From NCBI RefSeq assembly GCF_963921235.1, contig NC_086108.1:61940001-62004000 (forward strand): a DNA stretch of 64,000 bases, in the 5' to 3' direction. Both the position numbers and the translations under genes were made by a program. The notes below the pieces were generated by a model. The model saw only the letters and a list, made by a program, of their open reading frames with translations. It had not been told where the DNA came from and made no database searches. This stretch comes from Mobula hypostoma. Taxonomy: Eukaryota. Below, piece by piece: positions 1 to 12,094 of the stretch (positions are counted from its first letter, which is position 1; each line of letters opens with the position of its first letter).

Positions 1-22
1 AAAAGCATGTTGTGTTAAATTA

Positions 23-182
23 CACAACAAAATGCTGGTGGAACACAGGATGCCAGGCAGCATCTATAGGAAGAGGTACAGTTGACGTTTCGGGCTGAGA
101 CCCTTCGCCCTGACCTGCTGCGTTCCACCAGCATTTTGTGTGTGTTGCTTGAATTTCCAGCATCTGCAGATTTCCTCGTGTT
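23..182. mobile_element. Short fold-back Penelope-terminus derivative
   Basis: Left arm acacaacaaaatgctggtggaac is the reverse complement of right arm gttccaccagcattttgtgtgt. It shares sequence with the PLE 3' end at 23000-23100. Flanked by direct repeat tgttaaatta (13-22 and 183-192). Confidence 0.8.
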
Positions 183-1724
183 TGTTAAATTAATTCAATT
201 CAAATGAAAACTTGGGAAAAACTCACAAAGTAGGTAAACTTGGTCTTCAGTACAAAGCCCTATGCAAAACTTTGATTTTTTGCTGATCCTTTACATAGTG
301 TTGAACAACTACAGACAATAATGTGTGGAACTCTTCAACAATTATTGATAAAGCAATAATCTTAAATACCGTGAAAATTACTCAGGGGATAACATGTGAC
401 CCATGTTGGAGATACTCTCCACAGGTGCTGCTTGACCTGCTGAGCATTTTATTGTTACTACTTCTGACATTTGTATGTTTAAAGGTGATTTTAAACATAC
501 AAGTTGTTTTGCTCAAAATTTACAGTTTTGAAGCTAATGAAGTCTCTTTCTCCTTTACATTGTAGCTTTCCCTCCTTTGGTTCTTTCCAGACTCAGCTGT
601 AACAAGGAACACCGTGAAAACTGAAGTGGCAGGCAGCAAGGGTACCGAAGACTGCAGCAGATCCAGCACCTACCAGAAGACCCACCAGCTACCAGCCCCA
701 GTAGGCAACCGTGAAAAAGTAATCAGGGTGTGAACCTTGACAAAAGGTCAGAACAGCTCAGGTTAGACTTTGGGTGACAGATAACAGATTTTGCAGAACA
801 GCAGTATTTCATGTTAGGAACTGTTAGGAATTTGCAGGGACATTTTAATTGCCTGTATTATTGCTCAGTGAATCTCTTCCATATAAACCTCCAGAAAAAA
901 AAATGAAGCAAAACACTGAGGAACTTAAGTGACATATTCTACATATTTTCAAATATAATGAGCACAACTGTTGTTGTATTCGTATTTACATTAAAGTCAA
1001 TAATCCAATAGTTGAAACAGCATTTGATATTAGATAAATCAATGTGACTTCCACTAATGTAATGGAGATAATACTTCATAGCATGATATTGTTTAAATTG
1101 GATTATTGTATGGACCAGAAACATGTATTTTCTGCTTTACGTGAAAAAGATGAAAGCTTCCCCAATCTGCCGACAGTCAACACTTGAAGACTTTAACTTC
1201 CTCCCATTTCTGTCAGTACCCTTAGTCCTGCTACTAGTTTACAGAGGCATTCACTCTCCTGTTTCAGCTGCCCATTCTTGTCACTGTCAGTCAGTATTGC
1301 ACCATAGCTGACATCACTGATAAGTCTGGTGTTTCATAAAGCCCTTGCCTGTCATTTACCAACATGGTTTTACCTCCAAGAGTGATAGGACGGCAATAAG
1401 AAGCGAAGACCGTGGATGATTATCCCCATCTGATTAGCCCACCTGCTGAGAAATCACTTAAAGTAACCCTACCAGCAGTGAGATCAGCTAATTCACCATA
1501 AAGAATAGATCCAACGCAAGACCTAGCTGGGTTGCAGGCTTCAGTTTCACCTGAGAGAGTGCAGCTCCCAAATGAGCCCCTGGCAGAGCTCTCAAGCGTT
1601 TGCAGAATTATTCATTCATTTATGCTGAATAATTCCAAGAACATTTGGAGTTTTCAAAAGCAAAATAGGTGCTTCATGATACAAAACTCAGAAATATTTT
1701 ATATAAAAAGCAATACTGGATATT

Positions 1725-2315
1725 GAGGTGAGTGAGACACCCCTCACCCCCCACCATTCTAACCAATTTTTACAGGAGCACCATTGAGAGTGTCCTGAGC
1801 AGCTACATTACTGTCTGGTACAGGAATTGTAGGGCATCTGACCACAAGTCCCTACAAAGGACTGCACAGATGGCTGACAGGATTATCAGGGTATCTCCTC
1901 CACCCAACAGAGATAGTAATCAGGAGCACTGCCTATGCAAGGCCCTTAGCTTTGTCAATGATCCCTCCTATCCGTCCAACAATCTCTTTGACCCCCTATG
2001 ATCAGGCAGGAGGTTTAGGACATGAGCGGTTAGGATGGGAAACTGCTTCTTTCCCCAGGCCTCAAGACAACTGAGCTCCCTGCCACCACAAAGGTCTAAT
2101 CACACATAAAGCACCGGTAGTGTTAAGCTGTTTACTTTTGAACTTGTGTTGTAAATAACCTTATTATTTAATTTATTTATGGTAATATGACTTAATGTGT
2201 TATGTGTTTGAGTTATACATACTATGTTGTGCACCTTGGTCCAGAGGAATGGTGTTTTATTTGGCAGTATACATGTCTATGGTTGTATGACAAAAAACTG
2301 TACCTGAACTTGATA
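1725..2315 (+). mobile_element. Rex1/Babar-like LINE, 3' fragment
   Basis: ORF 1732-2001 (FYRSTIESVLSSYITVWY...DPSYPSNNLF) matches the C-terminus of the Rex1-like ORF at 16752-17687. Ends in a tgaacttga-type tail. Confidence 0.8.
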
Positions 2316-2489
2316 CTGAAAATAACTTCCCTTCACAATTCTAGGATTATATTTACATTACTATTCATTTGAAAGCTCTAGAAAATCAAAGTATTTTGTC
2401 TGCCAAAGGAAAGACCCCATAATATAGCCTGCCACACTTGTTGCCAGTTCATAATACTTAAATGCTGATAAAAATGGTTTATCATTAAC

Positions 2490-3165
2490 TCTTAGAGGCC
2501 ATTTGGCCCAAATCATCCATGCCAAGCACTATGCCAATGTAAACCAAAGCCATTTACCTACATTTGGTCCATAACCTTCTCAAACTTTCCTATCAAGATG
2601 CCTTTTAAACATTATTGTACCTGCCTCTACCATTTTCTCCAGCAGTTCTTCCATCACCCTCTGTGGAAAAAAACTTTCCCCTTGGGTCCCTCTAAATCTT
2701 TTTCCTCTAACAGTAAACCTACACCCTCTACTTTTAAACTCCCCTGTCCTGGAAAAATGACCGTCACTATCCAGCTATACTCTTCATAATATTATATGAT
2801 CACCCCTCAGCCTCCATGGATCCAGGAAAACAGAACCAGGCTACACAGTCTCATCTTATAACCCAAGTCCAGATCAAGCAGCATTCATGTGAATCTCTTT
2901 TGCCTCCTCTTTGGTTAATTCTATTCTTCCTGTAGTAAGGTGACCAGAATTGCACACAACATTCCAAGCGAGAGCTAACCAATATTTTATACAACCGTAA
3001 CGTGACATTCCAACTCCTAGACTCGGTACCTCAGCCAATGAAGGGAAGGATACCATACATCTTCTTCACCACTCTGCCTATGTGTCACCTTTTTGGGGAA
3101 CTGTACTCATACACAAAGGACTCACAATTCAGTAACACTCCTCAGGACCAATTATTCACTATGTA
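2490..3165 (-). mobile_element. CR1 LINE 3' end (degraded), continuing at about 11595-14330
   Basis: Frameshifted YKxLVxxxLExCVQFWSP region around 2940-3000, and a CR1 3' UTR-like ggccatttggccc near 2500. Confidence 0.75.
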
Positions 3166-3171
3166 TAGTAT

Positions 3172-3735
3172 TGTTGGGTGAATGAAGTCACTGTAGTTAT
3201 GAAGCAGCCTCTTTATTTGACAAAGTGAGGCACAGCAGGAATCATATTTCTGTGGAAAGGTCTGCTTGGCCCAGCCCTGCACAGCATTTTCTGTGCTGAG
3301 GGTCAAAGAAAAGTTCAGGACAATTCAAATAAATCCATATTTACAAAGTTTCCTTTGATCTATGCATCCCATTCACACCTTCCTCCTTCGCACCCAAGCA
3401 CAAACAAATAATTAATTTAAATCAGTGTCATCTAGCAATAAGCCAGCTGGTGGCATAGTGGCATCAGCGCCGGACTTTGGAGCGAAGGCTCCCGAGTTCA
3501 AATCCAGCCGGCTCCCCAGGCACACTTCCCATCCGTGCTGGGTTGAGCGTCAAGCTAGCAACTTGACCTCGTAAAAAAGAAATTGCCTGCTACAGAAACA
3601 TCAACAGCAAAAAGTTGATAGCCTCTGCTCCCTCGTGAGTTTAAAAGGCAATTTCCATATACCTATTATTCAGAGTTGCACTTTAGATTTAATCTTCCAT
3701 GCATATTTATGTAGTAATCTAAAAACACTCCAACA
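3172..3735 (-). repeat. 3' LTR of the provirus (contains a SINE)
   Basis: Begins tgttgg and ends ccaaca (terminal inverted repeat). Collinear with 9655-9965. Followed by gttcttcctctt, a polypurine tract on the minus strand. Confidence 0.85.
3435..3661 (+). mobile_element. tRNA-derived SINE inserted in the 3' LTR
   Basis: Pol III A box tggcatagtgg (3451-3461) and B box agttcaaatcc (3495-3505). Absent from the 5' LTR, which reads tcta|cccattgttcagag. Confidence 0.75.
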
Positions 3736-4639
3736 GTTCTTCCTCTTGGCCCTCCAGGACAAAATAAATTTGTACGTGGAAAGGCCAACCTTAAGGAGGA
3801 TCTGCTCAAATAGGGTAGCAGAAATGCCCCGCTTCAAAACCCTCCCAATTAGTTTATGTGCATCTACCTCTACCCTATCATCTCCAATGGCTACCTACAA
3901 AATGCTAAGCAGAGAGATTGTTCCAGAATTTGAACAATCTTTAGAAATGCAGCTCCATTCATACGTCTGTTGGCTCTTCCTCATTGGCCGATTGCATCTT
4001 AGTCACATTCCTCATCTTTACCCCTTCATTCTCTGGTATCTTAAACTCTCTTTCTTGGGGCACCAGCAAGGTAAGTGTCTCAGGCTCACAGGACCTCCCA
4101 GCTCAATGTACGGGAAGGGGTTGGGATGGTCTCTATTTGAATGACTGGACGGACCTCTCCCCAGTGGCAACCCCTTCCCAAACTATCCAGCTGAACGCTG
4201 GCCCAACTGCTGAAAGGGCCCAGCTCATTTGTATATCTCCCCATTCAGGCTGGGGGTGACAGCTTTAAGGTGCTGTATGCAATTTTTCTCAGTCAAAATC
4301 GAAGTTGTGGAACCTGATTTAACTTGAATCCCTCCCCAGCTATTTTCCCCAATATCTTTTCTACTGTAAGCCATTCAACTAATCATCTACCTTCAGCAAC
4401 CAGCCTTCATTACAGAGTACTGTTACCATTACACTTCAGCATGCAATTCAGGGTTCTCTGTCATGATCTCGGTGTCTTCTGCCTTCGTGTTTCCTGCGGG
4501 TATATTTGCATCAGCTATGGTCGGGTCTGGTGTGGGCAGCTGGTGTTCATCTCTAAGGTTCTCTGTAATTACACGGTTACTGGGTACACTTGATCTATCC
4601 CCCCCACCCCCACCTGTGGGGGCAACATGAAGGTGTGTC

Positions 4640-5640
4640 GTACGGTTTAACCTCCCAGTCCAGTCTTTCCTCTGACTGCCTCACCGAGTCTGCACACAGA
4701 CACAAGTGTCACTTGTTAAAAGTACCATTTGTGGTCCTATCCATCTGGGAGTAATCACTGCCCTTTCAGGCAGCACCCTCACCATGTCTTGGTCACCCGG
4801 TTGTGGGAGAACCATCTTTTTTCCATCTGGCTCTCTCTGATCAGCAATGTGCTGCTGTTGTTTTGCTCGGTCCTCTAACATATTAAGTTGGTTACAAAGG
4901 TCCTTCATATACTGTGTCATTCTATCCCTGCAAGCCCAGGCTCACTGCAACCCATAATTACCCCATCAGAGAGTTACATGGCTTGCCCCATCAGTAATTC
5001 GTAGGGGCTGAGACACAGTGTGAGGTTTGGGGCTGCTCGCAATCTCATCAGGATTCCCTGGTAGTACATCAACCCACGTCTTTCCTGTCTCAGTTACAGC
5101 TTTGGCCAAGGCATTCTTGATTGTTTGGTTCATCCTTTCTACCATTCCTGAACTTCGAGGGTGGTAGGGTACATAGAACCGTTGTCAAATCCCTAGCAGT
5201 CAGCACATTTCCTTCACCACTTTCCCTGTGAAATGTTCTCCCTGGTACGAGTCCACCTGAACTGGGGTTCTGTACCTTGGGAGGATTTCCTGAACTAGGA
5301 TCCATGCAGCCGTTCTGACAGTGTAGTCACCTGTTGAGAAATCCTCTCCGTACTGGGTGAAATGATCCATGATCACTAGACAGTAGCTTTTCCCCCTGCT
5401 TTCTGGCAGGGGCCCCATGAAGTCCATTTAGATGTTTTCCCAGGGTCCCCTTGGCCATGGCTGGTTTGCCAGTTATAGCTTAATGCCCTTACCAGGGTTA
5501 TGCTGGACACAAATGATACAACAGCAGCAGAACTTCTCAACATCCCCAACCATCCCTAGCCACCACCCAGCCAGAAGGTCATGATCATGTTCTGCCTTCC
5601 CTGATGCATCACCCCATGATATAACTTCAGTTGTATCTGC
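4640..5640 (-). pseudogene. Retroviral-type integrase remnant
   Basis: CxxC zinc region near 5500-5530, core ORF 5200-5427, and a GPY/F-like WIGPQMVLL in ORF 4681-4920. Stops and frameshifts present. Confidence 0.85.
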
Positions 5641-5799
5641 CTAATACATGGTGGGGCCACCATGACTCCTTCCTCCCCGTGGGCCCAGCTCCCATCTGGA
5701 CCTTCCTTTGCTCCCTTTCTCCTTCTCTTCTGCCTTCACCTCTTCATATACTGGACTGGCTTCAGTGGTTTCTTCCTGCACACTTGCAATTTCAATTGC

Positions 5800-6375
5800 C
5801 TCTTGTTCCTCTGCTGCCTTCTTCACACTGATGTCTGCCCCCTAATTTCCTTTCTAGTCCTTGCTCTCCCCTTTCTGCTGAGATTTTACTCTAATTACTG
5901 CTACCTCTGCTGTCAGACCCACTGCTTCCAGTATTAGGTACCCATGCTGAAATCCTGCCACTGGTGAGGTTACAAATCCTCGTTGTGCCCTTGCCATCAG
6001 ATAATCATGCCCCACCCTGAAGGCATTCCAGTTGTCTGTATATACTGTATATTTCCTCATCTTCCTTTACTTTCGCGCAGTGCTTCTACCAAGGCCAACA
6101 CCCAAGCTGAGCAACCCCCTGGCAGTGCTCCTGAGGCTAATGCATCACCTGTTTCCTTCACCATGGCCTTCCCTGTCCATGGATTCCCGTCTGAGACTCA
6201 TCTATAGAAATTTCCTCTTTCTCCTTCCAGAGGTGGTTCCTTCACACCAATATCTTCTTCCTGATCTATCTCCAATTGGCACTCGTGTGCTTCCCCCCTG
6301 TGAGGTTGGTGCTCACAGGATTCATTCCAGTGTCCCCAGCTTTCGTTACTCTCTTGTGAGCCATTGTCAGTGTGC
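5800..6375 (-). pseudogene. Tether end plus retroviral-type RNase H remnant
   Basis: Manual translation gives NPV...GEAHECQ...PPLE...IDES...GCSA..LALVEAL. ORF 5854-6060 gives VYTDNWNAFRVGHDY...RGF...AVIRVKS. Confidence 0.75.
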
Positions 6376-6379
6376 CAGT

Positions 6380-7380
6380 TTTTATAGGATACTGATTCTG
6401 GGGTTTATGCAAGCCCCTTCCTATTTTAACTGGGTTTGTCTTTACTCAACCATATTGTTGCTTGTGTCTAGCCCATGCTGCTGGGAACTGCTGACAAAGT
6501 AACCCATGGACACTGTCCTTGCTCCAGTCTCTGATGATCAGAGTGGCTGTGACTATGCTGTGTACTCTGTTGGCTGTACAAGTTTGCTGCCCCTTGCTTC
6601 TCCATATTATTTCTCCTTTTCCTGAATCTATACTGGCCCGTTTCACATACGACGTCTAGTCCAAGGATAGTACCGTCATTATTTGGACAGGCCCAGAAAT
6701 ACACTGGAAGCTGCACCCCACCGATATCAAGTATCTGTGTCACGCTTCTTTCTGCTTTCACCATATTTCCTCCTACACCCATAATATAAATAACCTGTCC
6801 AGTTGCTGGCAAGAGTAGGTCAGTTATCCGTACCAATGCTCGTGTCAATTAACATATCGCATTGCCAGCCCCTTATCAATGCTGCTGTGTATATCCGCAG
6901 GTTACCAGCGCTGGCAATGATGGTTGTCGCCACCTTTTTCTCCCCCGATCTAGAAGCTGTCTTCACCAGATCTATGATCTGATTGGCAGTCAGTTTGGTC
7001 AGACTAGGTGCTGATGGGGTGAGAGATTGCGTGTCTGCCGTGACTTTCACCTGTTTTTCTTTCCACATTTTTAGACACTGTTTCCAACCATGTCCTGATA
7101 GGTCACAGCTGTGGCACATCAATTCCTCTACTGTTTTATGTCTGGTCCAGCAGTCCTTCGCTAGGTACCCTGGTTGCTGGCACACAAAGCAAACTCTTTG
7201 ACACGTCACAACAGGTACATCCACTATAGTCTCCACTATCTCTAAATCTAAAACTTCCTGGGCTGACCTCAGGCCTTCCTTCATCATTTTCAGGAACACT
7301 GAGTCACCCCTCCCTGGATTAACCAACTCTGAACACTCTTCGATATTTACGTTCTGCATAATCCACGGCTCTCTCATCAC
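6380..7380 (-). pseudogene. Gag C-terminus with two zinc knuckles, aspartic protease and RT N-terminal stub
   Basis: CFVCQQPGYLAKDC and CHSCDLSGHGWKQC, then MLIDT and TILGLDV, then AWARHKQQYG*VKTNPVKI...QYPIK. Confidence 0.85.
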
Positions 7381-7384
7381 CTCT

Positions 7385-9450
7385 TTGAATCACCACAATT
7401 ATTGTTCCCTAGTTACTCTCACCCCTCCCCAGTCGCTGCCTTTAAATGTTTTCCCAAATTGTCTGCTCCTATCCCTCTCCAGCACTATGGTACAGAGTTG
7501 TGATAACTACCTCCAAAATGCTCTCCCACCAAGAGATCTGACATCTGACCAGGTTCATTTCCCAATACCAGATCAAGTACAGCCTTTCCTCTAGTTGGCT
7601 ATCTACATATTGCATCAGGAAACCTTCCTGAACACACCTAACAAACTTCACCCCATCTAAAACCCTTGCTCAGGGAAGGTGCCAGTCAATATCAAGAAAT
7701 TTATAATCTCACATCACAGCAACCCTATTATTATTGCAGTGTTCCAGAATCTGCCTCCCAATCTGCTCCTCAATATCCCTGTTACTATTGGGGGTTCAAT
7801 AAAAACACCCAGTAGAGTTATTGCCCCCCTCCTGTTTCTGACTTCCACACATACTGACTCAGCAGATAATCCCCCCATGACTTCCTCCCTTTCTGCAGCC
7901 GTGACTCTCTCCATGATTAGCAGTGCCACGCCCCCACCTCTTTTGCCTCCCTCCCTTTTGAAACACTTAAAACCCAGCACACTCAGCAGCCATTCCTGCC
8001 CCTGAGTCATCCAAGTCTCCGTAATGGCCACAACATCATAGCTCCACTAATTGATCCACGCTCTAAATTCATCTGCCTTGTTTATGATTCTCCTTGCATT
8101 AAAGTAGACCAACCTCAAACCATCTGGTTGAGTGCATCTTTGCTCTATCATCTGCCTATCCTCCTACAAGCTGTCTTTACTTGTGCACCAAATGCCCCAT
8201 CCTCTGCCTCTTCACTGTGGTTCCCACCTCCCTTCAAAACTAATTTAAATCCTCCTCAATAGCATTAGCAAACCTCCCCGCCAGGATGTTGGTCCCCCTC
8301 AGATTCAAGTGCAACCCATCCTTTTTGTACAGGTCACACCTGCCCCAGAAGAGGTCCCAATGATCCAGAAATCTGAATCCCTGCCCCCACTCCAAGCCTT
8401 CAGCCTTGCACTTATTCACCACCTTTTTCTATCCCCATACTCGCTGTCGCTTGGCACAGGCAGTAATCCCAAGATTACTACCCTTGAAATCCTGTTTCTC
8501 GGCATCCTTCCCAATTCCCTGTATTCTGCTTTCAGTCCTCCCTTTTTCCATCTACGTCATTGGTACCTATATGCACCATGACCTCTGGCTGCTCACCCTT
8601 CCATTTCAGGATATTGTGGACCCATTCAGAAACACCACGAACCCTGGCGCCTGGAAGACAAATTACCATCTGTGTTTCTTTTTCATGCCCAAAGAATCGC
8701 CTATCCGTTCCTCAAACTATACAGTCCCCTATTACTGCTGCCATCCTCTTCCATTCCCTACCCTTCTGAGCCACAGGGCCAGACTCAGTGCCAGGTAGGT
8801 CCCTCCCACCCCAACAGTACTCAAAGTGGAGTACTTATTGTTAAGGGGGATGGCCACAGTGGTGCTCTCCACTACCTGACACTCTCCATTCCCTCTCCTG
8901 ACAGTCACCCACTTATCTGTCTCCCGTGGCCCTGGTGTGACTACCTGCCTGCAGCTCCTATCGATCACCTCCTCACTTTCCCCCAGCAAATCAAAGGTCA
9001 TCGTGCTGCAGCTCCAGTTCCCTAACTCTGTCTCTAAGAACCTGCAGCTCAATTCACCTGGTGCATATGTGGCCACCAAGGAGGCTGGAAGTCTCCTAGA
9101 TATCCCACATCTGACACCCAGAGCAGAAAACTGACCTTGCAGTCATACACAATGTTCTTAAGTTAGAGGCAAAAAGGTGATATGGAAGTATCTTACCTCC
9201 TTACCTCACCTAGGCCCATCCTTGCCAAAGCCCTACTACTCTGACTCATGCTACTCCGACGACGGCTTCTTCAATAACTGCTCCGCTAGGCAGAGTCTCC
9301 CTTTACCCCGGAACCTTCTCAGCAGCCATGTGTGATGACAAGCTACTGCATCTGCACACTTCTTCCAATCGAATCTCCCAGCTTTTTAAATTTTCTCAGT
9401 GGCCTTAAACAATGATGAGCCACTGTGTCTGCACACTTTTCCCAGTCAAA
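7385..9450 (-). mobile_element. CR1 LINE 5' portion (ORF1 esterase plus APE start) inside the provirus gag
   Basis: ORF 8240-8422 (DHWDLFW...DGLHLN, SGNH) and ORF 7714-8031 (AITETW...GGGVALL, APE). No RT or 3' tail. Confidence 0.85.
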
Positions 9451-9635
9451 TTGATACACAAATTTGTATCTCTTACATAACACGCATACTACTTTTATAT
9501 CTACCAGTTCAGTTCTCCATGTTGCCCTGTACCACCTACCCGAACAGGTTCAAGTGTGAGTGCTAATTTTAAAAATACTCACCCACTTGGACAGCTAAGA
9601 TCTCTGGCCTCATGATGGGTTGCGAGAAGGTACCT

Positions 9636-9649
9636 CACTTCTGACACCA
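9636..9649 (-). other. Primer-binding site, tRNA-Leu type
   Basis: Minus strand reads TGGTGTCAGAAGTG, complementary to the vertebrate tRNA-Leu 3' end ...CACTTCTGACACCA, directly inside the 5' LTR. Confidence 0.85.
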
Positions 9650-9650
9650 A

Positions 9651-11349
9651 AGGCATGAATGAAGTCATCGGAGAAAAGTACTGGTAGTTATGAAACAGCC
9701 TCTTTGACATACTGTGGTACAGCAGGCATCATATCGAGATCTTTTTGGTGGAAAGAACTTCTTGGCCCAGCCCTACACAACATTTTATGTGGTACAGTTC
9801 AAAGAAAAATTCAGAACAATTCAAACAAATCCATATTTACAATGCTTCCTTTGATCTATACACCTCATTCACACCCATACTACAGACATCCAAGTACACA
9901 CAAATAATGAAATTAAGTCAGTGTTGTCTACCCATTGTTCAGAGTTGCACTTTAGATTTAATCTAAAATCCATATTCAGATCAGAAATTTGGTTATTGAA
10001 GTCAATATTAGCATAGTATTATAGAATGTGAATTACATAGGAACTTAATGAGTCATATCACCAAGATGCTTCTAAGAATTTTGGTGACAAGAGCTAAAGG
10101 TAAGATACAAGCTGAAATAGGCAAAGAACAATGTGGTTTTGTGGAAGACAAAGGTACAAGAAACACATTATTGATGTTAAGGATACTATCAGAATGAGCT
10201 ATTCAAGTGCAAAAAGATCTGTTTGTTTGTTTTATCAACTACACAAAAGCATTTGATAAAGTGAAGCACAATAAGTCATTTGAAATATTACAGAAAACTC
10301 TAGATCTAGATTCGAAAGACCTCTGCCTAATCAGAAATCTGTACTGGGAACAAACTGCTGCTATAAGAATAGATGGAGAAGTGAGTCAGTTTATGAAAAT
10401 CAAGAGAGGCATTGGACAAGGGTGTGTTTTCTCCCCTGATTTATTTAATGTGTACAGTGAAACGATATTACAAAAAATAAGAGACACCTTGGGAAGCAAT
10501 GTTGGCAGTGAAAACATCAATAATTTCAGATATGCAGATGACACTGTGTTAATTGCAAGTATGGAGGAAGAACTACAATACTTAATTGATATAATTGTTG
10601 AAGAAAGTGCAAAAGTGGGTCTATCTGTCAACTGCAAAAAGACAGAATGTATGGTGATATCCAAAAAGAAGGAGAATCCTATCTGCAGGCTGAGACTAAA
10701 TGGGGAAGACATAAAACAAGTACAGAACTTTTGCTGCTTAGGAAGCTGGGTGACATCAGATGGCAGGTGCGACTTGGACATCAAGAGAAGAATAGGGATG
10801 GCAAAAAACACCTTTACGAGAATGAAGAGTATACTGACCAATACTAAACTAAGCATGACAACCCGCCTCAAAGTACTGAAATATTACGTTTATCCAGTTA
10901 TGTTATATGGCTCAGAATGTTGGACAATATCTAGTAACATGAGGAAATGAATTGTAGCAGCGGAGTTATGGTTTTTGAAGAGGATGCAAAGAATATCATG
11001 GAAAAAACGAATATCTAACGAGGATGTCATGAACAGAGCAAACACAAAAAGAGAAATAATGTATGAGATCATGAAAAGGCAAGGTAACTTCATTGGACAT
11101 GTGATTAGGAAAGAGGAGTTAGAATGCTTGATAATTATGGGAAAGATTGAAGGGAAGAAAGCAAGAGGAAGACAAAGACAAATGCTGATGGAAACAGCAA
11201 CCAGAGAACTGGAAATGAATACCAATGAATTGATCCACTTGACCCAAAACAGGAGTGTGTGGGCCATGGCAGTCAAAGCTCAAACTGGGCATAGCACCTG
11301 ATGATGATGATGATTAGCTTAATGTCCTAACCCCCAAAACACCCTAACA
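9651..11349 (-). repeat. 5' LTR, probably split by the RTE insertion (9651-10050 plus about 11325-11349)
   Basis: 9655-9965 aligns with the 3' LTR. aaaacaccctaaca (11336-11349) resembles the 3' LTR end aaaaacactccaaca. cttaatg is duplicated either side of the RTE. Confidence 0.65.
10051..11314 (+). mobile_element. RTE-clade LINE, 5'-truncated
   Basis: ORF 10207-10950 is an RT (KAFD, QGCVFSP, YADD). C-terminal ORF 10975-11301 (GKIEGKKARGRQR). (TGA)n tail. Confidence 0.92.
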
Positions 11350-11351
11350 TA

Positions 11352-11593
11352 CAATACTGTGCAAAATTCTTAGGCACATATAAATAGCTAGGTTGCCTGA
11401 GACTTTTGCATAGTACTCTATATTATGCCTTTCCGGTTACCAAATAACAATTAATACTGCTAAGCTAGTACAAAGCCAGGTACTCTTATTTCTGTTTTCC
11501 AACCACCTTCCTATTTTAACCAATATACAGTACTGTGCAAAATTCTTCAGTGCCCCAGCTACATACATGTGCCTAAGACTTTTAAACAGTACT
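11352..11593. mobile_element. Two Tc1/mariner-like ~70-bp palindromic MITEs (11352-11418, 11528-11593)
   Basis: Imperfect TIR cagtactgtgcaaaa...cttttgcacagtact, flanked by TA. Confidence 0.65.
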
Positions 11594-12094
11594 ATATGCC
11601 CTGCTGTTTTAACTACCCAAAATGCAAATTCCATCATCTACTTCTGTACCCTCTTTCCCAGTTGATCTGGATCCCTTTGTAACTTTAGACAATCTTCTGT
11701 ACAACTATACCACCATCTTTGACGTCATCTGCAAACTTACTAATCATACTTCCAAATTCTCTTCCAAATTCTTAATAGAAATAAAGAACAATAAAGGAAC
11801 AACAAAGATCTTTGCAGCACACAGGGGCCACTAGCCTAAAATCTGAAAAGTAACTCTCCACCTCCACTCCTGCTTCCTACCACCAGACAAGTTTGTACCC
11901 AGCTTGTAATCTCTCTCTAGAGTCCATGCATTCTAACCTTCTGGACAAGCCTCCCATTTGGGACCTTGACAAATGCCTCGTTAAAGTACATGTCAACAAT
12001 GTCCACTACCCTCCCTCAGCAATCCTCTTGGTCACCTCATTAAAAACTCAATCAAATTTGTGGGAAATGATTTTCCACAAAGTCATGCTGATGA

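Larger units (their letters stand above)
3172..11349 (-). mobile_element. Endogenous retrovirus-like LTR element (gag-pro-[RT deleted]-tether/RNase H-IN) with nested SINE, CR1 and RTE insertions
   Basis: Two related LTRs, PBS, PPT, a Gag with two zinc knuckles, a protease (LIDT...ILGLD), RNase H (VYTD...RGF) and an integrase core (MDFMGPLP...DSYQGEHF). Confidence 0.85.

Noticed and set aside
591..746. Candidate exon after a strong splice acceptor
   Set aside because: Only one frame is open, it has no recognisable homology, and there are no supporting exons.
3441..3515. Possible tRNA gene
   Set aside because: A and B boxes are present but there is no convincing cloverleaf. It continues into a SINE body and is absent from the sister LTR.
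3635..4144. 169-aa plus-strand ORF
   Set aside because: It spans SINE, LTR and proviral antisense sequence with no motif, so it is likely a chance ORF.
10014..10019. tagtat after CA matching 3166-3171, as a 6-bp proviral TSD
   Set aside because: An LTR-end-like sequence at 11336-11349 and the duplicated cttaatg around the RTE suggest the LTR ends later. Probably coincidence, though not excluded.
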